Source: an uncultured Gammaproteobacteria bacterium (GTDB taxonomy: Bacteria > Patescibacteriota > Microgenomatia > Levybacterales > GWA1-39-11). From it: 64,000 nt of DNA. Below the pieces are notes generated by a model, which was not told where the DNA came from, searched no databases, and saw nothing but the letters and a program-made list of their open reading frames with translations. How positions within the stretch are numbered: the stretch's first letter is position 1; each line of letters starts with the position of its first letter. Shown piece by piece: positions 39,079 to 48,509 of the stretch. The position numbers and the translations under genes were made by a program. The stretch spans positions 53,957-117,956 of the forward strand of contig CAZEEU010000001.1 in the NCBI GenBank assembly GCA_964511305.1, read 5' to 3'.

Positions 39079-39240
39079 CGACCACTGGCTTGCATCTCAA
39101 ATAGATAAAAACCTGTCATATGAACTTGACCACTGGTTTACATTCCGAAGGAATGAAGCCAGGTGGTTTAGTTTAAAACTAACCACTGGATTACATCCTG
39201 AAAGGATGAAACCTGTCGTCAGAATTTGACGACAGGTTTA
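39079..39240. repeat. three tandem roughly 50-60 bp repeat units with core (G/A)ACCACTGG, each containing short hairpins, ending in a perfect 13-bp stem-loop
   Basis: Units start at about 39080, 39128 and 39181. Hairpins are cattcc-gaa-ggaatg and catcct-gaa-aggatg. The 13-bp stem aaacctgtcgtca/tgacgacaggttt at 39209-39239 overlaps the stop of the ftsQ-like gene. Confidence 0.85.
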
Positions 39241-39734
39241 TTGTACCTCAAATCGATATAGATTGCTTGTTTTCCATCCTCTTTGATCTGCTTATCAACA
39301 GCCTCAACCAGGTCCATTTGTCCACCTATATCTTTGTCCAGAGAAAGCAAAACCTGAGTCGTTTTGTTGAGCGTAAACGTAACATAGGCAGATGTCGTTG
39401 CGAATTCAAATTTATCAACAATAAGGCCGGTATTTTCGATAATATTTCTCACCTGGTTGTTATCCATAGCAGCTGCCCCTTGTGGATTTAAGATGACAAC
39501 GTCTCTATTTAAAATATTTGGCAACACAACTCGCCTCACAATAAAAAGGAGCGTTATAACAATAAATAATGCCAATAACCCTATAACTATATTTGTAATG
39601 AGCTTTGTGTAATTCTTGTGGCTGTGAACTTTAACGGTCGTTCTTACTTTTGGCTTTTTTCTTTTACGAAAAAGGGAGACTCGTCTTTTAAAACGTGGGG
39701 CTGCTTTGACTTCCTCTTTTACTTCCTCCTCCAT
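39219..39734 (-). CDS. short FtsQ/DivIB-like division protein (basic N-terminus, one TM helix, small periplasmic domain)
   Basis: Sits at the ftsQ slot between murG and ftsA. Bitopic topology. At 171 aa it is shorter than canonical FtsQ. Confidence 0.35.
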   Translation of the reverse strand: MEEEVKEEVKAAPRFKRRVSLFRKRKKPKVRTTVKVHSHKNYTKLITNIVIGLLALFIVITLLFIVRRVVLPNILNRDVVILNPQGAAAMDNNQVRNIIENTGLIVDKFEFATTSAYVTFTLNKTTQVLLSLDKDIGGQMDLVEAVDKQIKEDGKQAIYIDLRYNKPVVKF

Positions 39735-40800
39735 ATAACAGTATTTGCTCTACGATTTTATCTGCTGCATCAATGTGAATATAGCTTTGTGCTGTCTTTA
39801 TATTTTTTTTGTACCTATCTTTCTCTTTTATCATAGCACGAATTTTAAGAAGTAAGCTCAAAGGACTAACGTCAGTCTGATCCACATACTCTCCAACGCC
39901 AAGCTTTTTAAAAAGAATTGCGTTATCCTTCTGCTCATTATGCTGGCCAAATGGCAGTGGGATCAAAAGCGCTGTTGACCCTGATGCTAAAAGCTCACAA
40001 ACAGTATTTATCCCAGAGCGTGATATAACAAGTTCTGACTCAGAAAGAAGCTTAAATACTTCAGATGGAGCATAAAATTGCGAGACTGTATAATTCTTGT
40101 GTCTAAATTTCTCAAGCTTTTCAAAATCACCAAATTCCTTTGCATTTCCCGTCTGGTGATATACATGATAGTCCCGACAAAGATCTTCAATTATCTTTCC
40201 AACGACATCATTTATAAAATGAGACCCCGTACTACCACCAGTAATATAAATGGCTGGTTTTTCAACCTTGAACTCTTTACTGTGATCTTCAAAAAATTCC
40301 GGACGTAGTGGGTTACCTGTCAGAACAGTTTTTTTCTTACTGAAGTACTCTTCAGAAGTCTTAAATGATATTAAAATTACAGATGCAACTTTTGCAATGA
40401 GTCTTGCAGAAAGTCCTGCCTTCTGAGTTTGCTCATGCAGCACAACTGGAATTCTTAAAATTTTTGAAGCTAACGCAACTGGCAGCCCTACATAGCCACC
40501 AAAGGTCACGACAACATCCGGTCTTTCTTTTTTAAGTATTTTTAACGCCTGATAGACCCCACTTGGGAATCTGGCAAATGAAGGAATTGTTTTTGATGTA
40601 AATTTTCGTTGTAATTTTCCGGCTGATAAGATCTTGAATGGAATTCCTAATTTTTGACAGAGTTTATACTCAAAAGTCTCATTGTCATCTCCATCAAATG
40701 CGTGCTTGCGACCAATGACAATTATTTCGTGCTCACGCTTTAACTTTTGAATGATTGTGTATGCCGGACTGAAATGTCCGCCTGTGATTATAATTTTCAT
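39688..40800 (-). CDS. murG: undecaprenyldiphospho-muramoylpentapeptide beta-N-acetylglucosaminyltransferase
   Basis: GT28. N-terminus KIIITGGHFSPA and C-terminus YITGGSTGSH (GGSxG). Confidence 0.85.
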   Translation of the reverse strand: MKIIITGGHFSPAYTIIQKLKREHEIIVIGRKHAFDGDDNETFEYKLCQKLGIPFKILSAGKLQRKFTSKTIPSFARFPSGVYQALKILKKERPDVVVTFGGYVGLPVALASKILRIPVVLHEQTQKAGLSARLIAKVASVILISFKTSEEYFSKKKTVLTGNPLRPEFFEDHSKEFKVEKPAIYITGGSTGSHFINDVVGKIIEDLCRDYHVYHQTGNAKEFGDFEKLEKFRHKNYTVSQFYAPSEVFKLLSESELVISRSGINTVCELLASGSTALLIPLPFGQHNEQKDNAILFKKLGVGEYVDQTDVSPLSLLLKIRAMIKEKDRYKKNIKTAQSYIHIDAADKIVEQILLYGGGSKRGSQSSPTF

Positions 40801-41939
40801 TTTCTTCTTTTTAGCCTTCCAAATGTTCCTTTTTTAAATCTTGAAAGTCCTGTACCTTTTCTTACTGAAGGACGTTGGTCAAGCGCTATATTAAATAATA
40901 ACCCAATTGCTACAAAATTTATAAGCATCGAGCTTCCGCCATATGAAATGAATGGCAGAGGTACTCCTGTCAGAGGAATAACAACTGCTTGAGACGCAAG
41001 ATTAATTAATGACTGTATCGTTATGAAAACTGTTATCCCTGAAGCTAAAAGTTTTCCAAATTGAGTCTTTGCATTAACTGCAATCAGAATTCCAATTGCA
41101 CATAATGCTATGTAAATTGAAATAAGAATTATACTTCCAATATATCCTGCTTCCTCAGCAAAAACTGCAAAGATAGAATCAGTTGTATGCTCCGGAAGAT
41201 ATGAGTATTTCTGAACAGAATTACCAAAGCCTACTCCAGTTAGCCCTCCACTTCCAAGTCCAATTACGATCTGCTTTGTGTGATAGGAGGTCGTATTTAA
41301 ATTATTCACATCAAAATTTTGAAAGGCAGTAAGTCTTTTAAGTCTGTATGGAGACGCGCCGGCAACGAGCACAATAATCAAAAGTCCAACAATAAGAACT
41401 GGCGCTACTTCTCTTATTGAGGCACCAGATATGTAATACACAATAAATGAAGTTGCCGCAATGATAAAGGAGGTTTTAAGATCCGGCTGCAACAACACAA
41501 GTCCGCTTGCGACTCCTAAAAGCAAAAGAAATGCCATAAGTCTCCCCTTTTCCTTAATTGATAGCCATGAAGCAAGATACAATGACAATGTAATTTTTAA
41601 AAGTTCTGATGGCTGAAAGATAGATATACCCAAATTGATCCATCTATGCGACCCATTCAACTCGAGGCCAATTCCGGGGAAAAATACCAGTATTAAAAGT
41701 CCAAGGGTTGTAAGTAGCAAGGGAAGAGACAAATTGTAAAGAAGAGATTCCCTAACGCGGGACACAAAAAGCGCAGCAATAACTCCCAAAAAGATCCAAA
41801 CGCTTTGATTCTTGATAAAGTAATACTTGTCTTTCAGGTCAAGCTGAGCGGTATAAGAAGAACTTTCATACAGAACAAAAAGACCAAGGGTTGTTAGGAT
41901 AAATATCACACAAAGAAGGGACAGGGCGAGCTTGTTCAT
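40797..41939 (-). CDS. ftsW: SEDS family cell division protein FtsW
   Basis: 10 TM helices. SEDS signature PEHTTDSIFAVFAEEAGYIGS. Located between mraY and murG. Confidence 0.8.
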   Translation of the reverse strand: MNKLALSLLCVIFILTTLGLFVLYESSSYTAQLDLKDKYYFIKNQSVWIFLGVIAALFVSRVRESLLYNLSLPLLLTTLGLLILVFFPGIGLELNGSHRWINLGISIFQPSELLKITLSLYLASWLSIKEKGRLMAFLLLLGVASGLVLLQPDLKTSFIIAATSFIVYYISGASIREVAPVLIVGLLIIVLVAGASPYRLKRLTAFQNFDVNNLNTTSYHTKQIVIGLGSGGLTGVGFGNSVQKYSYLPEHTTDSIFAVFAEEAGYIGSIILISIYIALCAIGILIAVNAKTQFGKLLASGITVFITIQSLINLASQAVVIPLTGVPLPFISYGGSSMLINFVAIGLLFNIALDQRPSVRKGTGLSRFKKGTFGRLKRRK

Positions 41940-42947
41940 TTACTGAATAAAGGCGAGATACAAACCGATTAGTGCAAATGCAAATCCCATGAGCCATCCA
42001 CGCATTACTATCTTTGGCTCTTCCCATCCCTTTTTTAAGAAATAGAGATGCATAGGTGCTATTGGGAATGCTTTTCTTTTAAGGAATTTTTTAGAAAGAA
42101 TTTGTATTAAAGATGAACCGATTTCAACAACATATACTCCACCAATAACCATGACTGCAATTTCCTTTCCAGTTAAAAGTCCTATCACAGCAAGGGCCGC
42201 TCCAAGAGACAAAGATCCCACATCCCCCAGCCACAACCGAGCTTTGTATATATTAAAGTAGAGAAATGCTCCTACAGAGCCTAGAAGAATTGCTATAAAT
42301 ATAGCCAAGAAGTCATTAAGAAGAGCGCGAGAGATAACCAAGAATGCACAAAGACATATAATAAGTACTCCAGACGAAAGACCATCTAACCCATCCGTTA
42401 TATTAAATGCATTAGTGAAGCTCACTATGACAAAAGCTGCAAAAAGGATATATAAAGGACCCAAAAAGATAATTCCGAAAGCAGGGACGTGGACAAACGT
42501 ATGACCGTTCATAAATAGTACCCAACCAACGACTAGTGCTAAGGCCCATTGAATAGCAAATTTGTGCAAAAATCTGAGCCCAAAAAATCCGGTTCTTTCA
42601 ACATTAAGTATCTTTTTTAAGTCATCATAAAATCCAAGCGCACCAAATCCTACAAATGAGAACAGTAATACAACAAGCTCCCACGGCTTCACATCTACCC
42701 TAAAAAGGCCATACGCCCAAAGGGTAAGAATTGTTACTACAAAAATTATAAGAATACCCCCTCCAATTGGAGTACCCACTTTCCATTCGTGAAGTTTGTC
42801 AAAAACGTATGTCCTGTTATTGAAAATATCGCGGGTTTTCTGCTTCTTTCTTTGAAGCTTCATTTTATATAAAAAGTCTATAAAAGGAACTATAAGAATA
42901 GATGTAATAAATAAAGACAGAATTGCAAAACCAAATACTTTGTCCAT
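41940..42947 (-). CDS. mraY: phospho-N-acetylmuramoyl-pentapeptide-transferase
   Basis: NAFNITDGLDGLSSG and additional MraY-family motifs. 10 TM helices. Confidence 0.9.
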   Translation of the reverse strand: MDKVFGFAILSLFITSILIVPFIDFLYKMKLQRKKQKTRDIFNNRTYVFDKLHEWKVGTPIGGGILIIFVVTILTLWAYGLFRVDVKPWELVVLLFSFVGFGALGFYDDLKKILNVERTGFFGLRFLHKFAIQWALALVVGWVLFMNGHTFVHVPAFGIIFLGPLYILFAAFVIVSFTNAFNITDGLDGLSSGVLIICLCAFLVISRALLNDFLAIFIAILLGSVGAFLYFNIYKARLWLGDVGSLSLGAALAVIGLLTGKEIAVMVIGGVYVVEIGSSLIQILSKKFLKRKAFPIAPMHLYFLKKGWEEPKIVMRGWLMGFAFALIGLYLAFIQ

Positions 42948-43103
42948 ATGTTAATTTATTAACGTATGGAGAGCTTGCTCATCCATATGTTGTGGCCAAA
43001 CTTTTGCCAATCATGGATTTTACTCCATCACGCACTCTAACTGCAAGCAAAGCAGTACAGATCTATATTTTACACCTAATTGATAAGAACTCACAATTAA
43101 CAA

Positions 43104-43748
43104 TTATTTAATCTTTGAAGACTCAGGATACGTACCCGAAACGGATACTAGGGGAAAAACCAAACACTCTTTACCAAGTACGGTACCAGGATTAAGAACT
43201 GCACTTACACCTACAAAACATCCATCCCCCACAATAGCACCAAATTTGTCCATGCCGGTTGGAATTCTACTGTCTCCGTTTTTTATTTCAATTTCTTTTT
43301 TATCAAATCTCCAATTGGCAAGCGTTGCACCGCCTGAAATATTGCAGGAAGCACCAACGATACTGTCTCCTATATAATTGAGGTGAGCAAGAGCCGCATT
43401 ACTCATGATTATTGAATGTTTTACCTCTGTTGCATGTCCTACATTTACATTTTTACCGACAATTACTCCACCACGTAAAAATGCAGCATGTCCGATAATA
43501 GAATTGTCTCCAATAATTGCAGCTCCCTTAATTCTTGCAGTGTCATCTATGACAACGTTATTCCCAACAAAAATATTCTCAGAAATTTCAGTATAATTTT
43601 TGCTTTCTGGATTGTCTTTAAATGTACGGATGAATTCTTCAATTTGAGGAAGTACTTCCCAAGCATAGTGAGCCTTTTCAAAAAGACCATTTAAAATCTC
43701 TGTATTGGAAAAAAATTGAGTACTAGAAAAATTAGCTTGACTATCCAT
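43104..43748 (-). CDS. glmU: left-handed beta-helix acetyltransferase corresponding to the GlmU C-terminal domain (GlcN-1-P N-acetyltransferase)
   Basis: Hexapeptide repeats (IGDNSIIGHAAFLRGGVIVGKNVNVGH...). It follows and overlaps the nucleotidyltransferase gene by 8 nt. Combined length 469 aa is about the length of GlmU. Confidence 0.55.
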   Translation of the reverse strand: MDSQANFSSTQFFSNTEILNGLFEKAHYAWEVLPQIEEFIRTFKDNPESKNYTEISENIFVGNNVVIDDTARIKGAAIIGDNSIIGHAAFLRGGVIVGKNVNVGHATEVKHSIIMSNAALAHLNYIGDSIVGASCNISGGATLANWRFDKKEIEIKNGDSRIPTGMDKFGAIVGDGCFVGVSAVLNPGTVLGKECLVFPLVSVSGTYPESSKIK

Positions 43749-44508
43749 TTGTTAGAATTCGCTCTGCTTCCTTAAGATCTTCTCGGGTATTAACACCCTG
43801 CCATTTTTTATCGGATTTGTATGCTGCAATTTTTCCGTTGTGATTTGAGATAATATCAATAATATCTGTTATGTAATACTCCCCGGTTACCGGATTTCTT
43901 TTAATATCTTTTATATTTTCCTCAAGATATTTTTTATCAATAATATAGCAGCCTAAATTGATTTCCCGAATCAACTTCTCCTCGTCGGTCGCATTTTTTT
44001 CTTCAACGATTCCAATTACCTCATCGTTTTGGTCTCTAATAATTCTTCCGAATCCAGTTGGATTCTCAGACTCCATCGTAATAAATGTGATCTTTGCATT
44101 TTGCTCTTTGTGCGTATCGTATAGAGATTTAAAAGTTGTAGCAGTATGAAGAAATGAATCATCGCCATAAATAATAAGAACGTCATGCGCTGTTTCTGGA
44201 ACTTTTGGTAACGCGCAAGCAACTGCGTGTCCTGTCCCTAGTTGCTCTGTCTGCTCTGCAACTATTGTGTCATCACTAAGAATTGACATGACCGATTCTT
44301 TTGCAAAACCTACTACTACCACGATATCTACTATCCCGGCATCCTTAAGAATCCGCATCGTTCGCGTCAACATTGGCTCGCCGCTTACTTGCATTGCAAC
44401 TTTATTCGTATCTGTGGATTGCATTCGCGTGCCTTTACCGGCCGCCAAAATGATCGCGGTGAGTTCTTTCATAGCAAGCCCTCCATCTATCGCTGTGAGC
44501 TGTTCCAT
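43741..44508 (-). CDS. glmU: sugar-1-phosphate nucleotidyltransferase corresponding to the GlmU N-terminal domain (UDP-GlcNAc pyrophosphorylase)
   Basis: LAAGKGTRM and LGTGHAV motifs of the GlmU uridyltransferase domain. 255 aa, ending at the domain boundary. Confidence 0.6.
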   Translation of the reverse strand: MEQLTAIDGGLAMKELTAIILAAGKGTRMQSTDTNKVAMQVSGEPMLTRTMRILKDAGIVDIVVVVGFAKESVMSILSDDTIVAEQTEQLGTGHAVACALPKVPETAHDVLIIYGDDSFLHTATTFKSLYDTHKEQNAKITFITMESENPTGFGRIIRDQNDEVIGIVEEKNATDEEKLIREINLGCYIIDKKYLEENIKDIKRNPVTGEYYITDIIDIISNHNGKIAAYKSDKKWQGVNTREDLKEAERILTNG

Positions 44509-44510
44509 AG

Positions 44511-45836
44511 TTATTCCTCGACCTCCTCAATTTGTGCACCAACTGATTGAAGCCTTTTTAAAATTTTCTCATATCCGCGTTCTAAATGCTCTATTCCATA
44601 TAAAATGCTTTGCCCATCAGCTATAAGAGCACCCATAACAAGTGTGGCACCTGCTCGAAGATCAGAAACGGTAAGTACTGCATTGTGGAGTTTTTGAGGT
44701 CCAGTAATTCTTATTGCCTGCTTGTAGGAAGATTTTGGATTGTAATTGAAATTGTATACGTCCTGGGGATTTTCGATTTTCGGATCAAAATACTCAATTT
44801 TTGCGCCCATTTTCTTAAGTTCCGGCACATATCCAAATCTATTTTCATAAATTGTTTCATGTATTGTTGACGCGCCTACGGCCTGCGTCATAAGTACTGC
44901 CCATGGGCCTTGCCAGTCTGTTTTAAAGCCCGGTTCTGGTGCTGTTGTTATTGCGGAAGGTTTTATCCCATCTGGTGCAAAGAATCGCACGCCTTCATCG
45001 GATGCCTCATGTGTAATCCCACACTTTGATAGCTCTTCAAGAAATATGCCAACGTTATTTAAATTAACATTTGTCAAAGAAATATTACCGCCTGATAAAA
45101 CCGAAAGAACAGCGAATGTCACCAGCTCATTTGCGTCTGAAACGATTTCATATTCTGTTCCATGTAGTTTTTCAACTCCCTCGATTACAATTTTTCTTTT
45201 TTCTACCCTATTTATTTTGGCTCCCATACTATTAAGAAGAGAGATAAGATCATCAATCTCATGTTCTTCGGCAGCATTTTCAATCGTTGTAGTGCCAGAA
45301 GCAAGAGTTGCTGCCATGATTAATGTTTCAGTCCCTGTATGAGTATTCTTTTCAAATCTATACGTTGTACCGTAAAGCCCAGCTGTTGAAGCATGATAGT
45401 ACCCGTCTTCAGATCTATATTGGATTTCGGCCCCCATAGATTCTAAAGCTTCTATGTGCCTCTCAATTGAACGAGCACCGAGTCTGCAACCTTCTGGATT
45501 TGGAACTATTGCGCGTTTTACTCTTAAAAGTAAGGGCGATAGGAACATGGAAGACGTTCTAACTCGAGCTCCAACCTCAAGTGTTAATTCGTGATTTTTA
45601 ATTTCTTTAACTTGAATTTTGACAGTTCCATCGGTTCTTTCAACAGTTCCCCCGATGGTTTCAATTATTCCTAAAAGTGCTTCAAAGTCTGAGATTTCAG
45701 GGACATTTCGGAGTATAACAGGCTCATCGGTAAGACAAGCAGCAATGACTGCTTTTGTAACCACATTTTTAGATCCAGAAATCCGTATGGATCCCTTTAA
45801 AGGACTACCGCCTTCTATGACAAATTTTCTAGCCAT
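44511..45836 (-). CDS. murA: UDP-N-acetylglucosamine 1-carboxyvinyltransferase
   Basis: EPSP-synthase-like fold. Active-site Cys in PEGCRLGARSIERH. Length 441 aa. Confidence 0.85.
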   Translation of the reverse strand: MARKFVIEGGSPLKGSIRISGSKNVVTKAVIAACLTDEPVILRNVPEISDFEALLGIIETIGGTVERTDGTVKIQVKEIKNHELTLEVGARVRTSSMFLSPLLLRVKRAIVPNPEGCRLGARSIERHIEALESMGAEIQYRSEDGYYHASTAGLYGTTYRFEKNTHTGTETLIMAATLASGTTTIENAAEEHEIDDLISLLNSMGAKINRVEKRKIVIEGVEKLHGTEYEIVSDANELVTFAVLSVLSGGNISLTNVNLNNVGIFLEELSKCGITHEASDEGVRFFAPDGIKPSAITTAPEPGFKTDWQGPWAVLMTQAVGASTIHETIYENRFGYVPELKKMGAKIEYFDPKIENPQDVYNFNYNPKSSYKQAIRITGPQKLHNAVLTVSDLRAGATLVMGALIADGQSILYGIEHLERGYEKILKRLQSVGAQIEEVEE

Positions 45837-47349
45837 TCTTTAATAAGTACCCGGCTTTATATACATCCCCAGCTCCAATTGTTAGGATGACATTGCCACT
45901 TGAGGCAAAGTTTTGCCCTACGTATTCTACCATATCCTCCACTTTTTCAAAAAAATGTACGTTCTTATGACCCTCAAATGCACCTACATATTCGTCCTGC
46001 GACAACGTATCGCTTTCGGTGTCACGTGCTGATTTAAATATAGGAAGAAGCATCAAGCTATCAGCTTTTACAAATGCGTTTCCAAAATCAGCAAGAAGAG
46101 CTTTTGTTCTTGAAAAGGTGTGGGGTTGAAAAATAACTGCAAGATCTTTACCTGGATATGCTTCTTTAATAGAATTTATAGTTGTTGAGATTTCTAACGG
46201 ATGATGCCCATAGTCGTCAATAATAGTAGCCCCATTTGAAGTATTTCCTACCAACTCGCTTCTTCTCTTTGTACCCTTAAATTCTTTTAGACATGGCCTA
46301 ATTTTCTCTGCATCAAGCCCAATCTCTGAAAGAAAAGCAATAACGGCAAGCGAATTTTTAGCATTATGAAGTCCGGGGATACTCAGCTCGAAATGCCCTA
46401 ATTCCTTACCCTTCTTAGTCACATTAAAACGAGAAGAAAAACCATGGGTTACTATTTGAGAAATAACATAATCATTCGAATTATTCTCACCATACGTTAT
46501 TATTTTAATATCCTTTTCAATTTTGTCTTTAAACTGGGACAACCGATTATCATCCCCATTTACCAATAGTTTTCCTCCGCTTTGAATATTGTCTGCAAAT
46601 TGGATAAAGGCATCTTCTACTCTATCTATTGAATCAAATAAATCAGGGTGATCGAAGTCGATATTATTAAAAATGGCAAATTTTGGCTCTATGTATAAAA
46701 ATTTAGGAATCCTGTCATATACTGGCTCGGACGCATATTCATCGGCTTCACTAACAAAGTACTCTCCTCCTCCTAAATGTCCTGGCGCTGCAAGAGGAAA
46801 GACTTCACCTGTACCTATGCTGTAGGAAGGATCTAACCCATAAGCTTTAAGTGTGGTTGCAAGAAGAGCTGTAATTGTAGTTTTGCCATGAGAGCCGGCG
46901 ACTGCTACAGTTTTAAAATCTTTCTCAAAGATTTTTCCATCCATAAAAGTTGCTAATGCTTGACCCTGCGTTAGAACCGCAATGCCATTGGCTTTTGCCC
47001 AAACAACTTGAGGATTATCAAAACCTTTATGCGCACCTGTTGTTATAACCAATGAATTCTCTTTATTTATCCCGTCAAAAAAAGAAGATATTGTCCCAAC
47101 TTCAAAACCCGTATCAATTACTATTCCCTTTTTTTCTAAGTAAATATCCGTAATAAATTCTTGACCTGTATCAGAACCCCGCACCTCAATTTCCGCATCA
47201 CACGCAATCATTGCCAACGGCGCAACTCCCACGCCCTTTATACCAACGCAGTAAATCTTTTTAATATTTACAAGTGGGGGTAGGTTCATTGTTTTGTAGT
47301 GCATAATTACATTCCGATCAATTTTTTTACAGCATCCCGATCGCTCCAT
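45829..47349 (-). CDS. murC: UDP-N-acetylmuramate--L-alanine ligase
   Basis: MurC-type N-terminus GIKGVGVAPLAMIACDAEIEVRGSD (GIGGxGMSxLA...GSD pattern). P-loop AGSHGKTT. The true start may be the Met at 47304 (MHYKT), which removes the overlap with murE. Confidence 0.65.
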   Translation of the reverse strand: MERSGCCKKIDRNVIMHYKTMNLPPLVNIKKIYCVGIKGVGVAPLAMIACDAEIEVRGSDTGQEFITDIYLEKKGIVIDTGFEVGTISSFFDGINKENSLVITTGAHKGFDNPQVVWAKANGIAVLTQGQALATFMDGKIFEKDFKTVAVAGSHGKTTITALLATTLKAYGLDPSYSIGTGEVFPLAAPGHLGGGEYFVSEADEYASEPVYDRIPKFLYIEPKFAIFNNIDFDHPDLFDSIDRVEDAFIQFADNIQSGGKLLVNGDDNRLSQFKDKIEKDIKIITYGENNSNDYVISQIVTHGFSSRFNVTKKGKELGHFELSIPGLHNAKNSLAVIAFLSEIGLDAEKIRPCLKEFKGTKRRSELVGNTSNGATIIDDYGHHPLEISTTINSIKEAYPGKDLAVIFQPHTFSRTKALLADFGNAFVKADSLMLLPIFKSARDTESDTLSQDEYVGAFEGHKNVHFFEKVEDMVEYVGQNFASSGNVILTIGAGDVYKAGYLLKNG

Positions 47350-48497
47350 TTGATCTCTCCGTGCCCTAAATTCATTGTCAGCTCGTGGCCTTTTCCGGTT
47401 ATTATGACGGTGTCGTCGGCTGTAGCTAGGGAAATTGCATGTGAAATTGCTTCATTTCTATCTTCTATTTCATGTACCTTTGAAAGATCAGAGATTCCAC
47501 TTTTTATCTGTGCGTTAATGTCCTGCACCGTTTCGCTTCGTGGATCCTCAGCAGTTAGCACAATGATGTCATCATAGTAAGAGGCAACCTTTCCCATCTC
47601 AGGCCTTTTGCCACGATCTCGGTCTCCTGCTGCACCAAATACATGAATGACTTTACCTTTAGTCGTCTTTCGAACTTCAGGAAGTATTACGTCAAATGAA
47701 TTTGCAGTGTGTGCAAAATCTACCATAATACGAGCATTATTTTTCGACACGAATTCCTCTTGCCTACCCGCGGGTGGTTCAAAACTTGTAATGGCACTTT
47801 CAACAGTTTTTTGATTAATTCCTAGGGCAAGCGTCGTACAAACAGCAGCTAAAATATTTTCAAGATTAAAATCTCCAATTAATTTTGTCTTTATCTGAAA
47901 AGGAATATTTATTAGGGATAAATCATTTTTATTTACTCCATGAAGAGAATAACTGACCAAGCGATCTTTCGGAATAATACTTATTGCCTTCTCAAACCAA
48001 ATACCATTACTATTTATGACCGATAATTTTGAATTCTTAAAAAGCTTTAATTTAGTATCAACGTAATTGTCATAATTTCTGTGATAGTCCAAGTGCTCGG
48101 GAGTAATATTGGTAAGGACTCCGATATCAAAATTGATTCCCCACACTCGGTGCTGATCTAACGCATGGCTTGTTACCTCAAGCACTACATGTGTACAACC
48201 TTCCTGCTTTGCGAGTTTTATGTATTTCTGGATTGCAAATGGTGAGGGGGTTGTCACATGGAATCCTGTCTCATATGTTTTGCCGTTAATTACTGCACCT
48301 AATGTTGAAATAACTGCTGTTTTTATGCCTGCTTCCATTAATATATGGTAAATAAGATTTGAAGTCGTGGTCTTACCATCCGTGCCCGTTACCCCAATAA
48401 TCGTAAGTCCTTTACTGGGGAAAAAATGAAGCGTGTTTGCGCTAACTGCTAGGGCAAAATGGGCTGTATTTTTTAACTTTCGTATATGCTGGTGCAT
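47307..48497 (-). CDS. murE: Mur ligase, MurE-like (UDP-MurNAc-tripeptide synthetase) lacking the N-terminal domain
   Basis: GVTGTDGKTTT P-loop, TTP, DFAHT and EDPRSE (DNPRSE-like) motifs. At 396 aa it is shorter than canonical MurE. Confidence 0.6.
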   Translation of the reverse strand: MHQHIRKLKNTAHFALAVSANTLHFFPSKGLTIIGVTGTDGKTTTSNLIYHILMEAGIKTAVISTLGAVINGKTYETGFHVTTPSPFAIQKYIKLAKQEGCTHVVLEVTSHALDQHRVWGINFDIGVLTNITPEHLDYHRNYDNYVDTKLKLFKNSKLSVINSNGIWFEKAISIIPKDRLVSYSLHGVNKNDLSLINIPFQIKTKLIGDFNLENILAAVCTTLALGINQKTVESAITSFEPPAGRQEEFVSKNNARIMVDFAHTANSFDVILPEVRKTTKGKVIHVFGAAGDRDRGKRPEMGKVASYYDDIIVLTAEDPRSETVQDINAQIKSGISDLSKVHEIEDRNEAISHAISLATADDTVIITGKGHELTMNLGHGEIKWSDRDAVKKLIGM

Positions 48498-48509
48498 GAT
48501 TTTATTATA

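Noticed and set aside
39209-39239. 13-bp perfect stem-loop as an intrinsic terminator of the ftsQ-like gene
   Set aside because: It overlaps the stop codon rather than following it. It also lacks a downstream U-tract on the transcribed minus strand. It is kept as part of the repeat array rather than called a terminator.
42948-42964. Palindrome tgttaat-tt-attaac at the mraY start
   Set aside because: A short AT-only palindrome in AT-rich DNA. This is expected by chance and there is no supporting context.
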